Assembly (NCBI GenBank): GCA_951406725.2
Contig: OX597832.1
Span: 71,176,001 to 71,240,000, forward strand
Source of the DNA: Octopus vulgaris
Taxonomy: Eukaryota
Direction of reading: 5' to 3'
DNA length: 64,000 bases
Each line of letters opens with the position of its first letter. Within the stretch, counting starts at the first letter, position 1. Shown here in pieces: positions 1-14,585 of the stretch. Below the pieces are notes generated by a model. The model did no database searches and was not told the DNA's origin. It worked only from the letters and a program-made list of their open reading frames with translations. Both the position numbers and the translations under genes were made by a program.

Positions 1-1760
1 ATATTTGGGGGAAAAATTCCCCTTTTCAAACAGAAGAGGCAAAATAAGAGTTTAGGAAAATGGGTTATCTGAAGGTCTGCTGATAACAAAACATCAACCT
101 TATTTACATATATTGCAATGCTTCAAGCAAATTACACAATGCTCTTTTGTCGTTCATATGCACACATACACAAACATATATATATATACACAAACACATG
201 TTGTGTGTGTGTGCATGCATGTGTGTGTGCATGCGTGTGTGTGTGTGAATTGTTTCTCTTCTTTGATGGTAGCCCTAAACCTGTTGCTCAGTTTAACACC
301 ATAATGACTAAAGTGAAGTTCCTTCCAATTACTACTGAGGCCAAGTCTCTCTGCTCCAAGGATGCCATCATCTCTTTCTTACATCTGTTTCAGAGGCTCC
401 TAAACAAAACCTTATCTGCCATGCCTTTCCTCCTCTCACTAAACTTGTTCTTGTTTAATCATGAGTCAACCCTTATTATTCTATTCATGGCTATCCTGCC
501 TCTTTATATAATTATGACTACTATACTGTCCAGTATATCCTTTACTTCTTTTAGAAAGTGAAATTTGAGGGAGATCTGGTGGTTATTTATAGTGGGTTGA
601 GCTACCACATATGGGTCCCTTCTGTGCAGCAGGTCAGCCTCAATCTGACTGAATTATTACCAAATGGGTTGAAGCAATTGCAACAGTTTCTTTTTTTTTT
701 CATTTTTGACATAATGAATTTAGGACTGTCCTATGCAATATGACCATCTTTTTTTAAGATAGTATGATACTATTTGAGGATTTGGTTGCTATTTCCAACG
801 GTCAAGTGACAACAAAGATGTTCCTTCGTTGGTGTAAGAGACTAGGATGTGATTGTGATAGTATGGTTTGGTACAGAGAATTACAGGAATCAGACTGAAC
901 AACATTCTACAACACTAGTAAAATGTGCTAACCTGCAAACCAACTCTATTTTATCTGCATATCATACAATATTAGATTACTTGGGAATCTTGACTGTTAA
1001 CTTGTGTATATGTGCATGCATAATATCAGCTTTGAAATAATGTAAATAGGTAAATAGATAGATGGATAGATATATGGATTATAAAATATATATATATATA
1101 CAGTCCAACCCATGCTAGCATGGAAAACGGACGCTAAACGATGATGATGATGATACATAAGGAGCCATATACATATATGCATATGCAGATACACAAATAC
1201 ATATGTATTGCCTGTAAGGGTACATCTGAAATATGTGTTTGTGCACACACACTCAAGACATATCAGCATATCATCATCATCATTTAATGACCATGTTCAA
1301 TGCAGATAGATGTATACATACACACACAGACACATAAATAAATACATACAGATATGTTTTTGACTTTCTCACAAGAGGTTTCTTTTTAATATTCTTTGCG
1401 GTGTTAAAGAGAAAATAGTGCAATGTGATGTGGTCCACTTCCACCAGAGACCACCCAACCATCCCATACTATATTTCCTTGGCTCTTATTGCAGTAAACA
1501 AAAAATATTCTAAGAAGGCAATGGCAAAGCTGAAGAAAACGACTCACGGCCACAATAGTGGAATGGAAGTATATTCCACATGGATATTGTCGGTTGTTTA
1601 CTAGATTCTTGCTCCTTTGAGCATGAATAGCGTGATACGTATGAGTGTCAGTCTATCTCTCTCTCTCTATATATATATATATACGCGCACACACCTATAT
1701 AAATAGATATGTATATATATAAATATATATATATGTGTATATACATAAATACAAATATAT

Positions 1761-1990
1761 ATATGTATACACACATATATACATATACCTATATGTAAAG
1801 ATATATATATACATATATATATGCAAATATAAATATGTATACACACATATATACATATACCTATATGTAAAGATATATATATACATATATATATGCAAAT
1901 ATAAATATGTATACACACATATATACATATACCTATATGTAAAGATATATATATATATACATATATATATGCAAATATAAATACATATAT
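1761..1990. repeat. ~72-bp AT-rich minisatellite (about 3 copies) within microsatellite DNA
   Basis: Unit atatgtatacacacatatatacatatacctatatgtaaagatatatat...gcaaatataa recurs about three times. Confidence 0.8.
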
Positions 1991-2026
1991 ATATATAGAT
2001 AGATAGATAGATAGATAGATATGTAC

Positions 2027-2084
<58 letters not shown>

Positions 2085-2891
2085 CTATATACCTATGTAA
2101 ACATATACAGATAGATAGATAGACAGATTTAAATATATCTATGTAAATTTATATGAACAAAAACATAGAGCTCTACTCCAGTGTATATAGGAACGTGTAT
2201 AACATATTCACATTATTAATTGAAAATTATAGCAGATATTTGAAAAGCGTGCAAGAACATGCTTACACACTAATATATACATATATGCACACTCACAATT
2301 GTACATATATATATGACAACATGACCATATACTCACATTATTTATTAACAATAATATATTAATGAATACATATATATATATATATACACACAGCTACTTA
2401 CATAATTATGTGTATGTGTGGGTGTGTGTATATTCATGCAGCCATGTTATTACATATATACATATACATCACCTATATATCACCTCCATGAGCCTCTATG
2501 CATAATCAGGTGTGTGTGTGTGTGTATAAGTATACATATATGCACGCAATCATACACACATTACATATATCATAACCATTTCTAAAGAAAATAGGAAAAT
2601 ATGTTAATCAATTTCTTGTCTTTTTTTTCTTGATAAGGCTCACACTCTCTCTCTCCCTCTCTCTACGAAACATCTTCATTTTTCTTTTACATCTCTTAAA
2701 ATCCTATACATGTGCTTTTTAACATTGCATACACACCCTGTAGAACCATAAAAAAAATATTTGTTCTTTCAGAGACCTTTCATATGGAAAGTTCTTGAAA
2801 GTCTGGGACTATAACTATGTCCTGCATGAAACAGTGAACACGCAAACTAGGAAGGGGGGTACTGTTCATACACACACACACACACACAAAC

Positions 2892-2922
<31 letters not shown>

Positions 2923-2964
2923 CTATTATGTGTTTGTTACATATATACATACATACGAACATAT

Positions 2965-3011
<47 letters not shown>

Positions 3012-3053
3012 AATATATATACATATATATACGCATACATATATGCATAATAC

Positions 3054-3113
<60 letters not shown>

Positions 3114-3121
3114 CCTTTACT

Positions 3122-4300
3122 TTGTCCATCATTGTTGACAATGACAAAGAACATCAAATGGGTGAAGAAGGCAGAACATGTCTGACTGTGGCTGATCAGG
3201 CCAATGTATGCTCGGAAGGCTCTGCTCGAGGTCACGTATTGCTGGTCTGCTGGAACTGAAGGCAAGGAGTTGACTCTCAACTTGCACAGTTCATATTTTC
3301 TTTGTTCCCCTGCAATCCTCTTCCATTCATAGGAGGTTTGCATCTCTGTTGGTGCAGATTAACCAGGCAGGGCAGTCTTGCACTTGCATTTCCCAGGTGT
3401 TGGGGTTCATCTCAAAGCTCTTCAGTGAGGCTTTGAGTATATCCTTGAAGCACTTTTTCTGTCCACCTTGCAGACGCTTCCCTTCAGCCAGTTCACTGTC
3501 AAATAGCCTCTTTGATAATCATTAATCAGGCATTCAAACATGGTGGCCTACTCACCTGATTTGTGTAAATTCTTGGGAGAACAGCTCAAGAGAAGACCCC
3601 AGTGTGCGAGACCTTGTTTCTCCACATGATTCTCAATAGTTTTCTCAGGTAACTCATGTGGAAGTGGTTTAGATTTTTTGTGTAGTATTCATAAACTGTC
3701 AAAGCCTCCCAGACATACAGTACTGTAGAAAATACAAATGCTTCACACACCAACTTGGTGGCCAGCTGAATGCCTCTCCTCTACCACATTGATTCACGTA
3801 TTCAGATGAATGTGAAGTTGCCTTTAGTGACACCTGTGCCAACGTCATCATCAATGTTCAAAGAACTGGAGAATACGCTGCTGTGGTATGTGAACTAAAC
3901 AACTTTGAAGGTTTTTCTCTTCTACAGTGACAGCTGGTTCCACACATGGCTTCTGCAGGGCAGGTTGGTGCCTGATCTTAGTCTTTTGAGTACTGATTAT
4001 GAGACCAAAGTTGTTGCAGGCAGTAGAAAAGTAGTTCACACCCTGCTGCATCTAGGCCTTTGTGGTAGCACTGAGCGTGCAGTCATCTGCAAACAGGAAG
4101 TCACTCACTTTGGTCTTGGCCCCTAGCCTTCACAGGCTGAAGAGTCTGCCCTCAGTCCTAAATCTGATCTTGATGTTGGTTTCATCATCATTGCAGGAGG
4201 CATCCAACACTATGGCTGAGAACATCAGGCTGGACAGCTTACATAAAGGCCTTGGTTAGGTCTACAAAAGCCATGTATAGGTCAGTTTTGTTCCTGGAGC
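3122..4300 (-). mobile_element. Degenerate 3' remnant of an RTE (BovB-like) LINE
   Basis: Minus-strand LYMAFVDLTKAF at ~4245-4285, then LFADDC...FGLIISTQKTK and RT C-terminal remnants with many stops. Confidence 0.8.
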
Positions 4301-4495
4301 TTATATATAAATATATATGTGTGTGCGCGCATGTATGTATATATATATATATACACACACAATAGACAAATATGCACATACCTATGATAAATATAAGAAA
4401 CAGAGTTCTATATTTATATTTAAGTGACCTGAATAATAATAACAACATTAAAAAATACCTTAGGAATGAGAACCCAGGTTTGAAATTTCCCCAAG

Positions 4496-4540
4496 ATACC
4501 TGATGAAGGCTGGAGGGTATATCAACCGAAAATGTTGTGT
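4496..4540 (+). ncRNA. Degenerate Penelope-type minimal hammerhead ribozyme motif
   Basis: atac-CTGATGA-aggctg..caacc-GAAA-atgtt-gtgt; core boxes present, stems II and III partly mutated. Confidence 0.55.
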
Positions 4541-5121
4541 TAACAACAAACAAAATGAGGACAAATATCCATCAAATGTAAATAATGTATAAGAAACAGA
4601 GATAGATAATTTTAAAAAATACTGTTTTCCATGCTAGCATGGGGTGTACCGTCCAACCCATGCTAGCATGGAAAACGGACGCTAAACGATGATGATGATG
4701 ATATAAAGAGCAGAGATACAAACAACATAGGAAGTGAACCCATATACACATACAAACACACATACAGTAACTTCACAGACAGCTGCAGTAATGTCAACAA
4801 CATGACCAACAATGACAACAGCAGTAACAACAATGGAAACAACAACTACCATGAGGGCAGCAGCATAGGCGAACACACAAACACAGTGAGATACAGGAAC
4901 GGTACAAAAAGTTGGGTTCAAGGACAGCAACAGTGGCAGAGGGAATGGGGTTAAGGGGTGAGTCATAGTGCTACTAAGAACAATGACACACACATGTACA
5001 CATACATACACACACACACACATACACAAACACGGATGCAAAAGTATGCACATATAAGGATACACATCATAGAAAAACAGTTTGGAATAAGCAAAGCAAG
5101 AGCACTCACGAAGACAGGAAG

Positions 5122-5166
5122 TGTTGCTGAAGAGGTCACAGATGTGTGATGAAAGATTTCCAGACA
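5122..5166 (+). ncRNA. Minimal type I hammerhead motif in a short Penelope-like repeat (~5100-5271)
   Basis: ttg-CTGAAGA-g-gtcac(agatgt)gtgat-GAAA-gatTTC-cag; related copy on the minus strand at 11581-11803. Confidence 0.55.
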
Positions 5167-5269
5167 ATGGACATGAGTTAGAATAAGAAAAGTAATAAAC
5201 GAGTAAAGAACAAATATAGAGTGTGTGTGTTTATTTGGCAAAAGAAAATGACCATCCTGAAATACAACA

Positions 5270-5315
<46 letters not shown>

Positions 5316-5330
5316 ATAGATATACATATA

Positions 5331-7271
5331 CTTGCAGAAATACCCGGTGTAGCCAAAGTTAAAGAGAATAATGAAATTTTAAAATGGTGCCTCGATTACG
5401 CAGGTCTCAACTGCTTGTAGCTTAGACACCAAATTTGTTCATTAATAACTCTGCAACCCATGCCAGCATGGAACACAGATGTTAACTGAAATGTTAAAAG
5501 AAAGTTCTCAACTCATATTTGTACATAAAGTAAATACATGTAATTCAAAAACACGTTTTGTGTAGCTTATTTCGTAACCAAAAAACAGGTACAGATTATA
5601 AACAATGGAAGGCCGATTTTGGTGATTAAGTGGAGAGCCAATCCGATGATAAATCTGATCTTGGATCTTGAAAGTTTGCATGAATCTTAGCTCAGTAAAT
5701 CTCTTGTGGCTCCAAATGATGTCATTTGTAGAGCAATGTTATATTGTCTAACTTTGCTTTGGAAGTGCTTGGAATCTTGGTCAGTTGATGACAACAGTTT
5801 CTTCAGTAGCTCTGGTGGTTAGGAGATTGCAGGGAGTTTAACCTTTCCATCACTGCAGCACAGTGCAAGTGTCTCTCCAGGTCACTTCCTTGCTTTACAA
5901 TGTATGCACTCAGTTGTCATTGCACCAATGAAAACTCTAGTGTCATCTGCATAATGAACTGCTGGATCATAATGGAAAGCTGCTTCATAGCAGTTGCTTC
6001 GCTGAGCTGTTGCAACTGCTCTTCATTCTGCAGTGGAGATCCTATTCCTTGTCAGCTGTGCATCACTTTGAGATGCTCTGGCTTTTGTAGTGCACAATCT
6101 GTTCGTTTCTTGGTATGCTTCTCTTTCTGCATCTCTCTCTCTTTCTCTGGACAGAGACATTCTTTTGGCTGAGCTTGCCATTGTGGACAAATTTGACACT
6201 TTTTTTCTAGGCATGGTTATATACGTATACAGAAATACACAGGTGCAGAAGATAGTAAACAATGAAGATAATTGGGTAACAGAAATTATATTTCTTAATA
6301 TGATGGGCAGAAAGAAAATAAGAAATGTTTACGAAAAATAAAGAATTGTATGGGTTGAAGCAAAATTTGTCATTTAGTGAACCAAAGAGCCAGTATCGAA
6401 GGAACAGAAAAATAGCCATTAACAACAGAAAATCACAAAACCATTGCAATAGTAAATAAGAAATTTTTAGAGAAATTAACGAAGTGTACAGATTGAAGTG
6501 AAATTTTTGAAGTTATTCTGTCATTAAATTATGAACTTATTTTATCAGATATTCCGTCAACAACAAAAAAATACAAAAAGTTGCAGAAGTAAATAAGCAA
6601 CTTGTAGGCAAATTTAACGAAGTGTACAGATTGAAGTGAAATTTATGAAGTTACCTCTGTAAATAAATTATGTATGAAATTACTTTCATCAGTAACTGAA
6701 GAACTTCTTTCTGTCAGTAATTTGTTGTTGTCATTTGTAATTAGCAATTGAAAACTCACAGTGAAAACAATAGCGGATGAACTTAAAGTGAAAACAATAC
6801 TGTCTGTAAAATGAAAGTGAAAACAAGAGAGTGAGATATGGAGAGAGGGGGAGACAAAGAGAGCTAGCTAGTTAGACAAATAAGATAGATAGATAGAGAG
6901 ATATAGAGTGATTGAGACAGATAGAGAGAGATGGCTAGAGAGATATAGACGTCACTGACACTAGAAAACCAGAAGTAAATATTAAAAAAAATTTTCAAAG
7001 ACGTGAATCTAATATATAAAGCAATATTTTATAATTTTTAATGACCAATGGATGTAAGGGATACAATCAGTTTCTGAAATTTATTTCGCAAAGAGTTACC
7101 TCCCTTCTCCATGTAACCCAAGAACAGGTGTTTTCTGACCTCAGGGGGCCCATTAATCATTATGTGGAAAATTTTTAGAGTCTAAAACCATCCCAGAACA
7201 TAAGTAAAGTATGTTCCCAGTTTGAAGAAAATCAGTTGAAAAATACAGCCATTATAATCTTTTACACAGAA

Positions 7272-7272
<1 letters not shown>
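5331..7272 (-). mobile_element. Non-autonomous Helitron with a decayed Rep N-terminal fragment
   Basis: Minus-strand MPRKK... start at 6214, then FHYDP, CIHCKA..PGETLALCCSDGKVKLP, QYNIALQMTSFGA and FKIQDQIYHRIGS (Helitron Rep N-terminus). Degenerate hairpin and CAAG (from CTAG) 3' end at 5331. Confidence 0.8.
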
Positions 7273-7316
<44 letters not shown>

Positions 7317-7669
7317 CGTGTGTGTGCACGTGTGTGTGTGTGTGTTGGAGTCGATTTTGCTCAAATCTTTGAACTGAGAAAAAGCATGGTTGAATTTGAT
7401 CAGATCAGATTGAGGACTGCTCCTTTAAATGAAAACTTTACCTATCATTGTGCTTTTGCCATCCACTCAAGGAAACACATAGTAAGTTATCCACAAGCAC
7501 TTGAGGAAACTGACTCCTCATCTTGTTCCATTTGCCAAAAGTTTGCAAGGCACCAGCAGGCCTCAAGAGACATATTTGTGTCTATAGAACATAATTACCA
7601 CTTTATTTTACTGAACCCCCATTTGTCATTCACAACAGAATCCATCATCTACATATATATATATATATA

Positions 7670-10440
7670 TATATATCATCCTTGTCACCATTTAATGCCC
7701 ATGTTCTATGCTGGTATGAGTTGGATTATAGGTTGACTGGCTCCAATGGGTTCAAGGACTGCATCATACTCCAATGTCTGCCTTGGTATGGTTTCTATGG
7801 CTGGATGTCCTTCCTAGCACAGACCACCTTATGTTGTGTACAGGGTATATTTTTTGTACCACCAACACTATTGAGATTACTATGCAGTTCACAAGACAGT
7901 GAATTCTGAGGGAGTGGGGTTCAGCTTTATGCTAGGAAGTGAAGGGTTAAAGTATGAGAGAAGAGAAAAGCAGAGCAGGTTCTTGAAGTCGAGCTGCATG
8001 GTTATTCACATTTAGCAGGGGGAGGGAAAGAATGATTAGTAGTAGCTGTGAAGCTAAAGATATTAGAGATGAGGTAACCTGGTGACCCCTCAAGGCATGA
8101 GGTGAATAGAAGTGGTGGGTGAGTTTAGAGATTTATGAGGAGCAAGAGACAAGGGTAAGGGATACAGTCTGTAACTGTAAAAAAACCTGGGTAGAGTTGA
8201 AGGGTGATAACTAATGAGTCATGTATTAGAGAAGGATTGATGGATGTGGAACTGGGTAGTGGGGGGAGCAGCAAGATAGTAATAAAACAGTTGACAGGGG
8301 GTGGGGGTCAAGAGAGAGAGAGATGTCAAGGTTGAGTAGACTGCAGAAGCAGAGAAATAGGTGTAGTACATGATGAGGTGTGGATCAATGTAACATGTAG
8401 ATGGAGAATACAACAAACACAGTACTTCCAGAATTCAGTTTCAGTGAGGTGGGCGAGTCTTCTTGAGACCCTCACCAAACATCCCAATCCTTTGTAAGAT
8501 CTTTTGAGAGATGGGAGACATTGGAGGAGGTGGCTTTGTGCCAGGTGATGGAAAGTGTATGAGAGAGGGTGAGAAACAGGTGTCTTGCTGTAGAGGAGAT
8601 ACATGGTTACACCAGTCAGAGGAAGACAGTAAGAGAGAGAGAGTGAGCTAGAATGAGAAAGTGTAAGAGAGATGTGGTGATGTGCCAGGGCACTCAAGGT
8701 ATGGGGGTAGGAATATAAATGAGATGGTAAAACATTGTTGAGGGTACATGAGTAGTGGACGTTAAACGATGATTGCTATACATTATGAGGGTACATTATA
8801 AGCTGATTGTGAAGGAGTGCTGCTAAAGCAGTGAAATCTTGCATGCATTCATTTTCAACTCTTCACATTAATAAGGAGGGATGCAGCAGTTGGTGAAATC
8901 TCGGTATATAGAGTTGGGACAACAGGATAACTATGGCAGGGCAGTGAGGACAGGATTGGACTGCAGGAGTGGCGAAGGAGAGATAAGCACAGTGCATGAA
9001 AAGAGGAGGAGATGTAGTTTGGTTTAGTGGGGCTGTTTGTTAACTTAATGTTACATGTGAGTTGAACACATAGTGCTCCAGGAAATCAGTTTCACTTTTG
9101 CTGAGGTGGGTGGGTCTTCTCAAGAACTTCATATTGCCAGGCATCTTGGTACATTGTCATCTCCATTAGGCCCAACATCTTAAGATCAGTCCTCACTACT
9201 TCATCCTATGTCTTCCTGGGCCTCCCTCTTCTGCAGGTGCCTTCCACTTTAAGCAATCAGCACTTCTTAATACAGCTATCTTCATTCATATGCATCACAT
9301 GTCCAAACCAGCATAATCTTCTCTCTTGTATGCTGCATCTGATTCCTCTTATAACTCTCTCTGTAACTTTCATGACCTAGTTCAGCAGTTTGATACCTTC
9401 ATAATTATTTCTATTAAGATATCACTTTTACCCTTGTAGCAGCTATTATACAACTACACCAGTCGTTGGGGATGACACCTTCCTGGATAACCAAATTAAC
9501 TGTACGAGTGACTAGGTCATATCCTATTCCACCAAATATTTTAAGCATCTCAGCAGTCATTCCTGGTTGTCCAGGGGCTTTCCCTGTCTTTATATCCTTA
9601 AGTGCCTTTTCTAATATACTGCTATCAAATCTGATGGCTGGTCCTCGGTTGGTTCAATATTTGAAAGACTCTCCTTTTCCCATGCATTCTCCACATTTAG
9701 TAACTTTTCATAGTGGCACTTCCATGTCTCATTCTTTTCTGAATCACTAAGTGCAAGCATATTATCCATCTGCAAACATTTCTTATCCACAACATCTCTA
9801 TTCTCTCTGATACACAGCTTTGCAATCTTAGACACCTCACACTTATGATCTCGCAGTAGAACATTGGCAAATCTCTTACTGACTGCTATTCCTTTTGCTA
9901 TATAAACCTGTCACCTAGTTTCCCTTCTGGCTACCCAATATACTTCTCTGCTTTCACCATTTTTCCAGTCTTTCCAGGCCTGTCTCTTTGATTTTATAGT
10001 ACTGTCTCCCTCCTTGTTCCACCTCCATGTCACCCTCAGCCTAGCTGAGACTTTGTACCAGCCACAGATTTGGTCTGTCGCCCTCAGTAGGTTGTCCTGT
10101 AAGGACTCCAATTGTCCTCTAAGCTAAACTCCTCCTCCTTCTCATCAGAAGCTTCCATTAGAAGCTTCCATTAGAATATCGGTAAATTCCTGTTAGTTTG
10201 CTGGGTCTTTGAGCTTCCATAACCTTCTTTTCCAGACTGGTTTATTTCTCTGAATCCTTTTAGCTCTAATTCTGAAGTCAATAACTAGTAACCTATGTTG
10301 GGTTGTACATTCCTCACCAGAGAAAGACTTTGCATTTGCAATCCGCCAGTCACATTGCCTAATGAGGATGTAATTAATTTGGCTTATGTGCCTACCAGAT
10401 TAACAAGTGATAAAAGTGGTTGGCTTGGTAGTCTCTCAAG
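7670..10440 (-). mobile_element. Internally deleted RTE LINE remnant with long 3' region
   Basis: Homologous to the RTE at 18235-21290 (ATDQICGW, CIRENRDVV, KTGKAPG, VMKVTERV); RT core deleted near 9355; boundaries approximate. Confidence 0.75.
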
Positions 10441-10489
10441 TCTGAGAAAGGTGATTCCACAATTTCTTGCTGAACAACCTGCATGGATG

Positions 10490-10835
10490 ACAGCTTGGGC
10501 AAAGTTCAGAGAGCTCCTACCTCTGCTGGTGACAAAGGGCCTCTCGCTCAGAGTAAAAGGTAGACTGTATGATGCATGTGTACGAACAGCCATGCTACAT
10601 GGCAGTAAAATATGGGTGGTGACTGCTGAGGAAATGCTTAAGCTCGCAAGAAATGAAGCCAGTATGCTCCGCTAGATGTGTAATGTCAGTGCGCATACAT
10701 GATAGAGTGTAAGCACCTTGAGAGAAAAGTTGGACCTAAGAAGCATCAGTTGTGGCATGCAAGAGAGATGACCGCGCTGGTATGGACATGTGGTACAAAT
10801 GGATGAGGACAGCTGTGTGAAAAAGTGGCTCATCT
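10490..10835 (+). mobile_element. RTE LINE fragment (region C-terminal to RT)
   Basis: AWAKFRELLPLLVTKGLSLRVKGRLYDACVRTAMLHGS...RWYGHV. Confidence 0.85.
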
Positions 10836-11540
10836 CTACAAATTTTCAGATATATATATGTGTGTAGCATTGGGATGTTCTAGCTTTACGTATATATATA
10901 TATATATTTCAATTTATTTTATTTACTGATTGATTTTTCAAATTGTTAATTTGCAAATATTATACTAATGTTTTTTCATGCAGAACTACATTTCATCAAA
11001 AACTTCCCAAAAATGAATGTTTGGAAGGGGTGACAGTACATTTTGTATTCTAAATATAACTCAAAGAGGAGAAAAAGAAAGAAAGCAGGTGGGAAAGGAA
11101 AAAAAAGGGAAGAGATAAAGAAAGCAAACTGAATTTCAGTGATGAGCAATTTTTTGTTTCTTTGAAGATGTCACCAGCCTTAAACCCATTCCAATACGAT
11201 AGTAAAGGACTAAATAAATAAATGGTGAATAGGAAGGGGGATACCCCTTCTCTCTCTCTCTCTCCCTCTACCTATCTGTCTGACTTTCTATATCTATCTA
11301 TCTATCTATCTTATCTATCTATATTTTTATCTGTCCATCTCCATTGTTATGGAACCTCATCCAAAAAAGCAAAATCAATGTTCTCTTCTAACCAACCCCC
11401 CACCCCTCCCCAAAAAACATCTGTTTTATATAAATGTTGTTTGTACATACACAAAATTTTATTTGGCAAGTTCGAGAAAGGAACAACAGCACTAATAATA
11501 ATGAAGAAATAAAAAGTTTTTTCCAAAGACTTTTTTATCT

Positions 11541-11580
<40 letters not shown>

Positions 11581-11584
<4 letters not shown>

Positions 11585-11803
11585 ATTTCGGAATGGTCAT
11601 TTTGCCAGTTTAGCCAATAAAAACACACGCACTATATATTTGGTGTTACTTTGCTTCAGTGTTATTTATTTTTTACATTAATCTTAATCTTATTTCGGCC
11701 AGAGTTCTTTCGTCACACTCCTGTGACCGCATCAGTGGTCCTTTGTTTTCTTCTTTCTTATTTGTGTCTCTCCTTACTAACCGTCAACCATTCCGAAATA
11801 CAA
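11581..11803 (-). mobile_element. Short Penelope-like repeat with 17-bp inverted ends and a hammerhead-like core
   Basis: ttgtatttcggaatggt ... accattccgaaatacaa. Minus strand cca-CTGATGC-g-gtcac..gtgac-GAAA-gaaCTC-tgg at 11697-11741. Confidence 0.6.
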
Positions 11804-11874
11804 CAATGTCTGTTTCAACACACGACTTCACATAAAAAATCTTGCACAACAAATATATAAACGTAATATATATA

Positions 11875-12725
11875 TCTCTATATTATAATTCTGAAATGCG
11901 AAAAGTTTGTTTGTCTGGTTTTGGCATTGAGTACGGGTTAAAGGCCACTAGATCCCGTCGGATTGACTCCAAAATTTACAGGGACATGAAAAATGAGGTG
12001 AGAATGCGAGTGGGCTAGGTTAGAAATCCCCATCTTAAAAGGTGTCGTTGCTAGGGCCAAAAACGCACTTTGAAAAGTCTGCTCTCATTCTTTTATGTAT
12101 CTGTCTTCTTCCATCACTCACTCTCTTTCCTCCCTTCCTTTCAATTTCTACCTATAATGTCGTTTCACAGTGTCTACCTCCCTTTCCTTAACTTTCTCTT
12201 TATAACGCCATTTCACAGCGTCCTATATCTCCCCCCCTCCCCGCCTTCGACAGCGCTTTCACACTCTCTCTCTCTATGTCTGTCTGCATTCATAGAGAGA
12301 ATTATCATCGCCACCACAACCACACAATCATGAGAACAAATATTATGAATCAGATATTTACTGAGTTAATTTATATGTGTGTGTGTGTGTTCTATATATA
12401 AATACGTATATATAATGTATATATACAAAGTGTATATATCTGTATTTATGTATATCAAACATTTTAATACTTTTTGATAGTTATATATATTTCAAAAAAA
12501 AAATTATAAATATAAATTAATAATTTAAATTTTATATATTTTGTATATTATATTTTTATTTTTATGTTTTGGTTTATGTTTTTCACTGTTTGATAATAGT
12601 GGTTTTATCTCTAATTTTATATATATATATATAATTTGTATACATTCGTATATATAATGCTTACACACACACACACATATATATATACATATAATGCTTA
12701 AATATGTATACATATATATATATGT

Positions 12726-12774
<49 letters not shown>

Positions 12775-13660
12775 GTGTGCATCATGTGGTCGGTTGTGCT
12801 GAAAATATGCACACCTATGTTAAAAGTGCTGGCGAGTTTGCATGGCAACTATTTTTTTCCTCAAATAAAAGGCGTAACCTCTAGGACAAAATTCTTCTCT
12901 TATAAAATGTGGCCCGAGTAGATCCGAATGAAATCGGGTTATATTAACCAAAATGTGAAAAGGGGTCTAAATGAGGCTGGAAGGGGATTAAAATTTACAG
13001 GAGCGGGTATTTAGGAATTCTCTGTTACATCAAGCTAAAAAATTTGCGCCAGCCTTTTAATCGTCAATGTGTTGCCGTCCATCATGAAGAAGTTTTGAAT
13101 GCTTGCCATGGTGAGTCTACTGTCATGAGAAAGAATCACTTCAAAACTTGGTGTTTACGAATTTTCTTTTACATCAAGTTCAAAATTTTACGCCAGCCGT
13201 TAAACTGTCACTACGTTGATGTCTCTCGTTAAGAAATGCCAGCCATGGTCACTATACTATCCTCAGATTCTATTCCTTCAAAATTTGGTTTCCAATATTT
13301 TATTATTTTTATTCAGCTCGCAAGCTCAACTGTCCCTTTTAAATGATAGTGTTTTGTTGTCTATCTTGAAGCAGACCTTTCCGTTGTCATTGCCTGATAT
13401 CTATGAGTGATCTTTCAAAATATTTTTCTTTCACAACTTACTCAAGATCTTTTGTTGTTTATAAATGGGAGAGAGATAAAGAAAGATAGAGAGTAAGAGA
13501 AAGTGAGGAGAGTCCGAGAGAAAGGAAGAGTAAGAGAGTGGGAAAGTGAGAGAGAAAGGAGAGAGAAACAAAGAGGGAGAATTGGTGATAAAAAACAGAT
13601 AGGAAGTAACAGAAGTAACAACACTCTTACCCGCGCGTAGAGCGGGCGACCTTTAGCTAG
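11875..13660 (+). mobile_element. Non-autonomous Helitron
   Basis: 5' A|TC start (tctctatattataattctg); 3' hairpin cccgc-gcgtaga-gcggg followed by CTAG|T at 13657-13661. Confidence 0.75.
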
Positions 13661-14585
13661 TCTATATATATAAGACTGAGAATTTTAACTTTTCCCCTAG
13701 GGCGATCCCACAGCAATATCATATCTTCTCCACTATTTCAGTATTACGTGTTAAAAGTGAAACAAAAACATCTCTCTATTGTAATGCAGACACTTTCACT
13801 TTAATACTGAAACTATTAAAGTGAATGTATTATATAACAGGGATGAACCATTAACAGTGGTCATCCATTTTGCTAGAAGAAGATCCACTATGGTCTTATA
13901 TGCTACACCACTGGTTTTCAATTCATATTAATCAAATTAATATTCAATTTTTCACCCTTATTATGTGTGTGTGTGTGTGTGTGTGTCTGTGTATTAGCAA
14001 TTTGTATAAAATTGCATCAATGACTTGAACTTGAATAAGTGGTTTCACATAAATGGGGATAAATTAAAAAGGTTTGTTGTTATTATTATTACTGTTTGAC
14101 TATTGTAATCACGTTTGTTGGTTCCTCGTCAGGGAAACGTTGTTGTGTTGCATTTGTTAAATAATTGTAAACCATAACCCTCCCCCTTTCGGAGAAGGGG
14201 CTTTGGTTATTGTTTAAAAATTGAATTGTGTCCCTGTTTGGGGAAATTGACAATATTTTCACCGTCTTTACGGAAGCATTTTTGTTAAAATGCCTTCAAT
14301 AGAAGAAAGTCCAAAAATGAATTTTGGTGCGGCCATACACTTCTATACAAGAGGGAGGACAAGATCCAATTGATCAAAATTGCAAGAGATGGGCCTGTTA
14401 CATATTTTGAGTATTGTTATCACTAACGATATCAAGATATAACTTTGTATTTTGTATTTTATGTGTAGATGTATATATATAGATGTACATGTAATACGTA
14501 CACATATATATACACATATATACATGCATAATATATCTACCCATACACACATACGCACACACACACACACACACACACATACATA

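Noticed and set aside
113-3343. Many ORFs rich in YI/CV/HT dipeptides (also at 12.5k, 25k, 41-45k, 50k, 62-63k)
   Set aside because: Translations of (TA)n, (CA)n and (TACA)n microsatellites; no protein signal.
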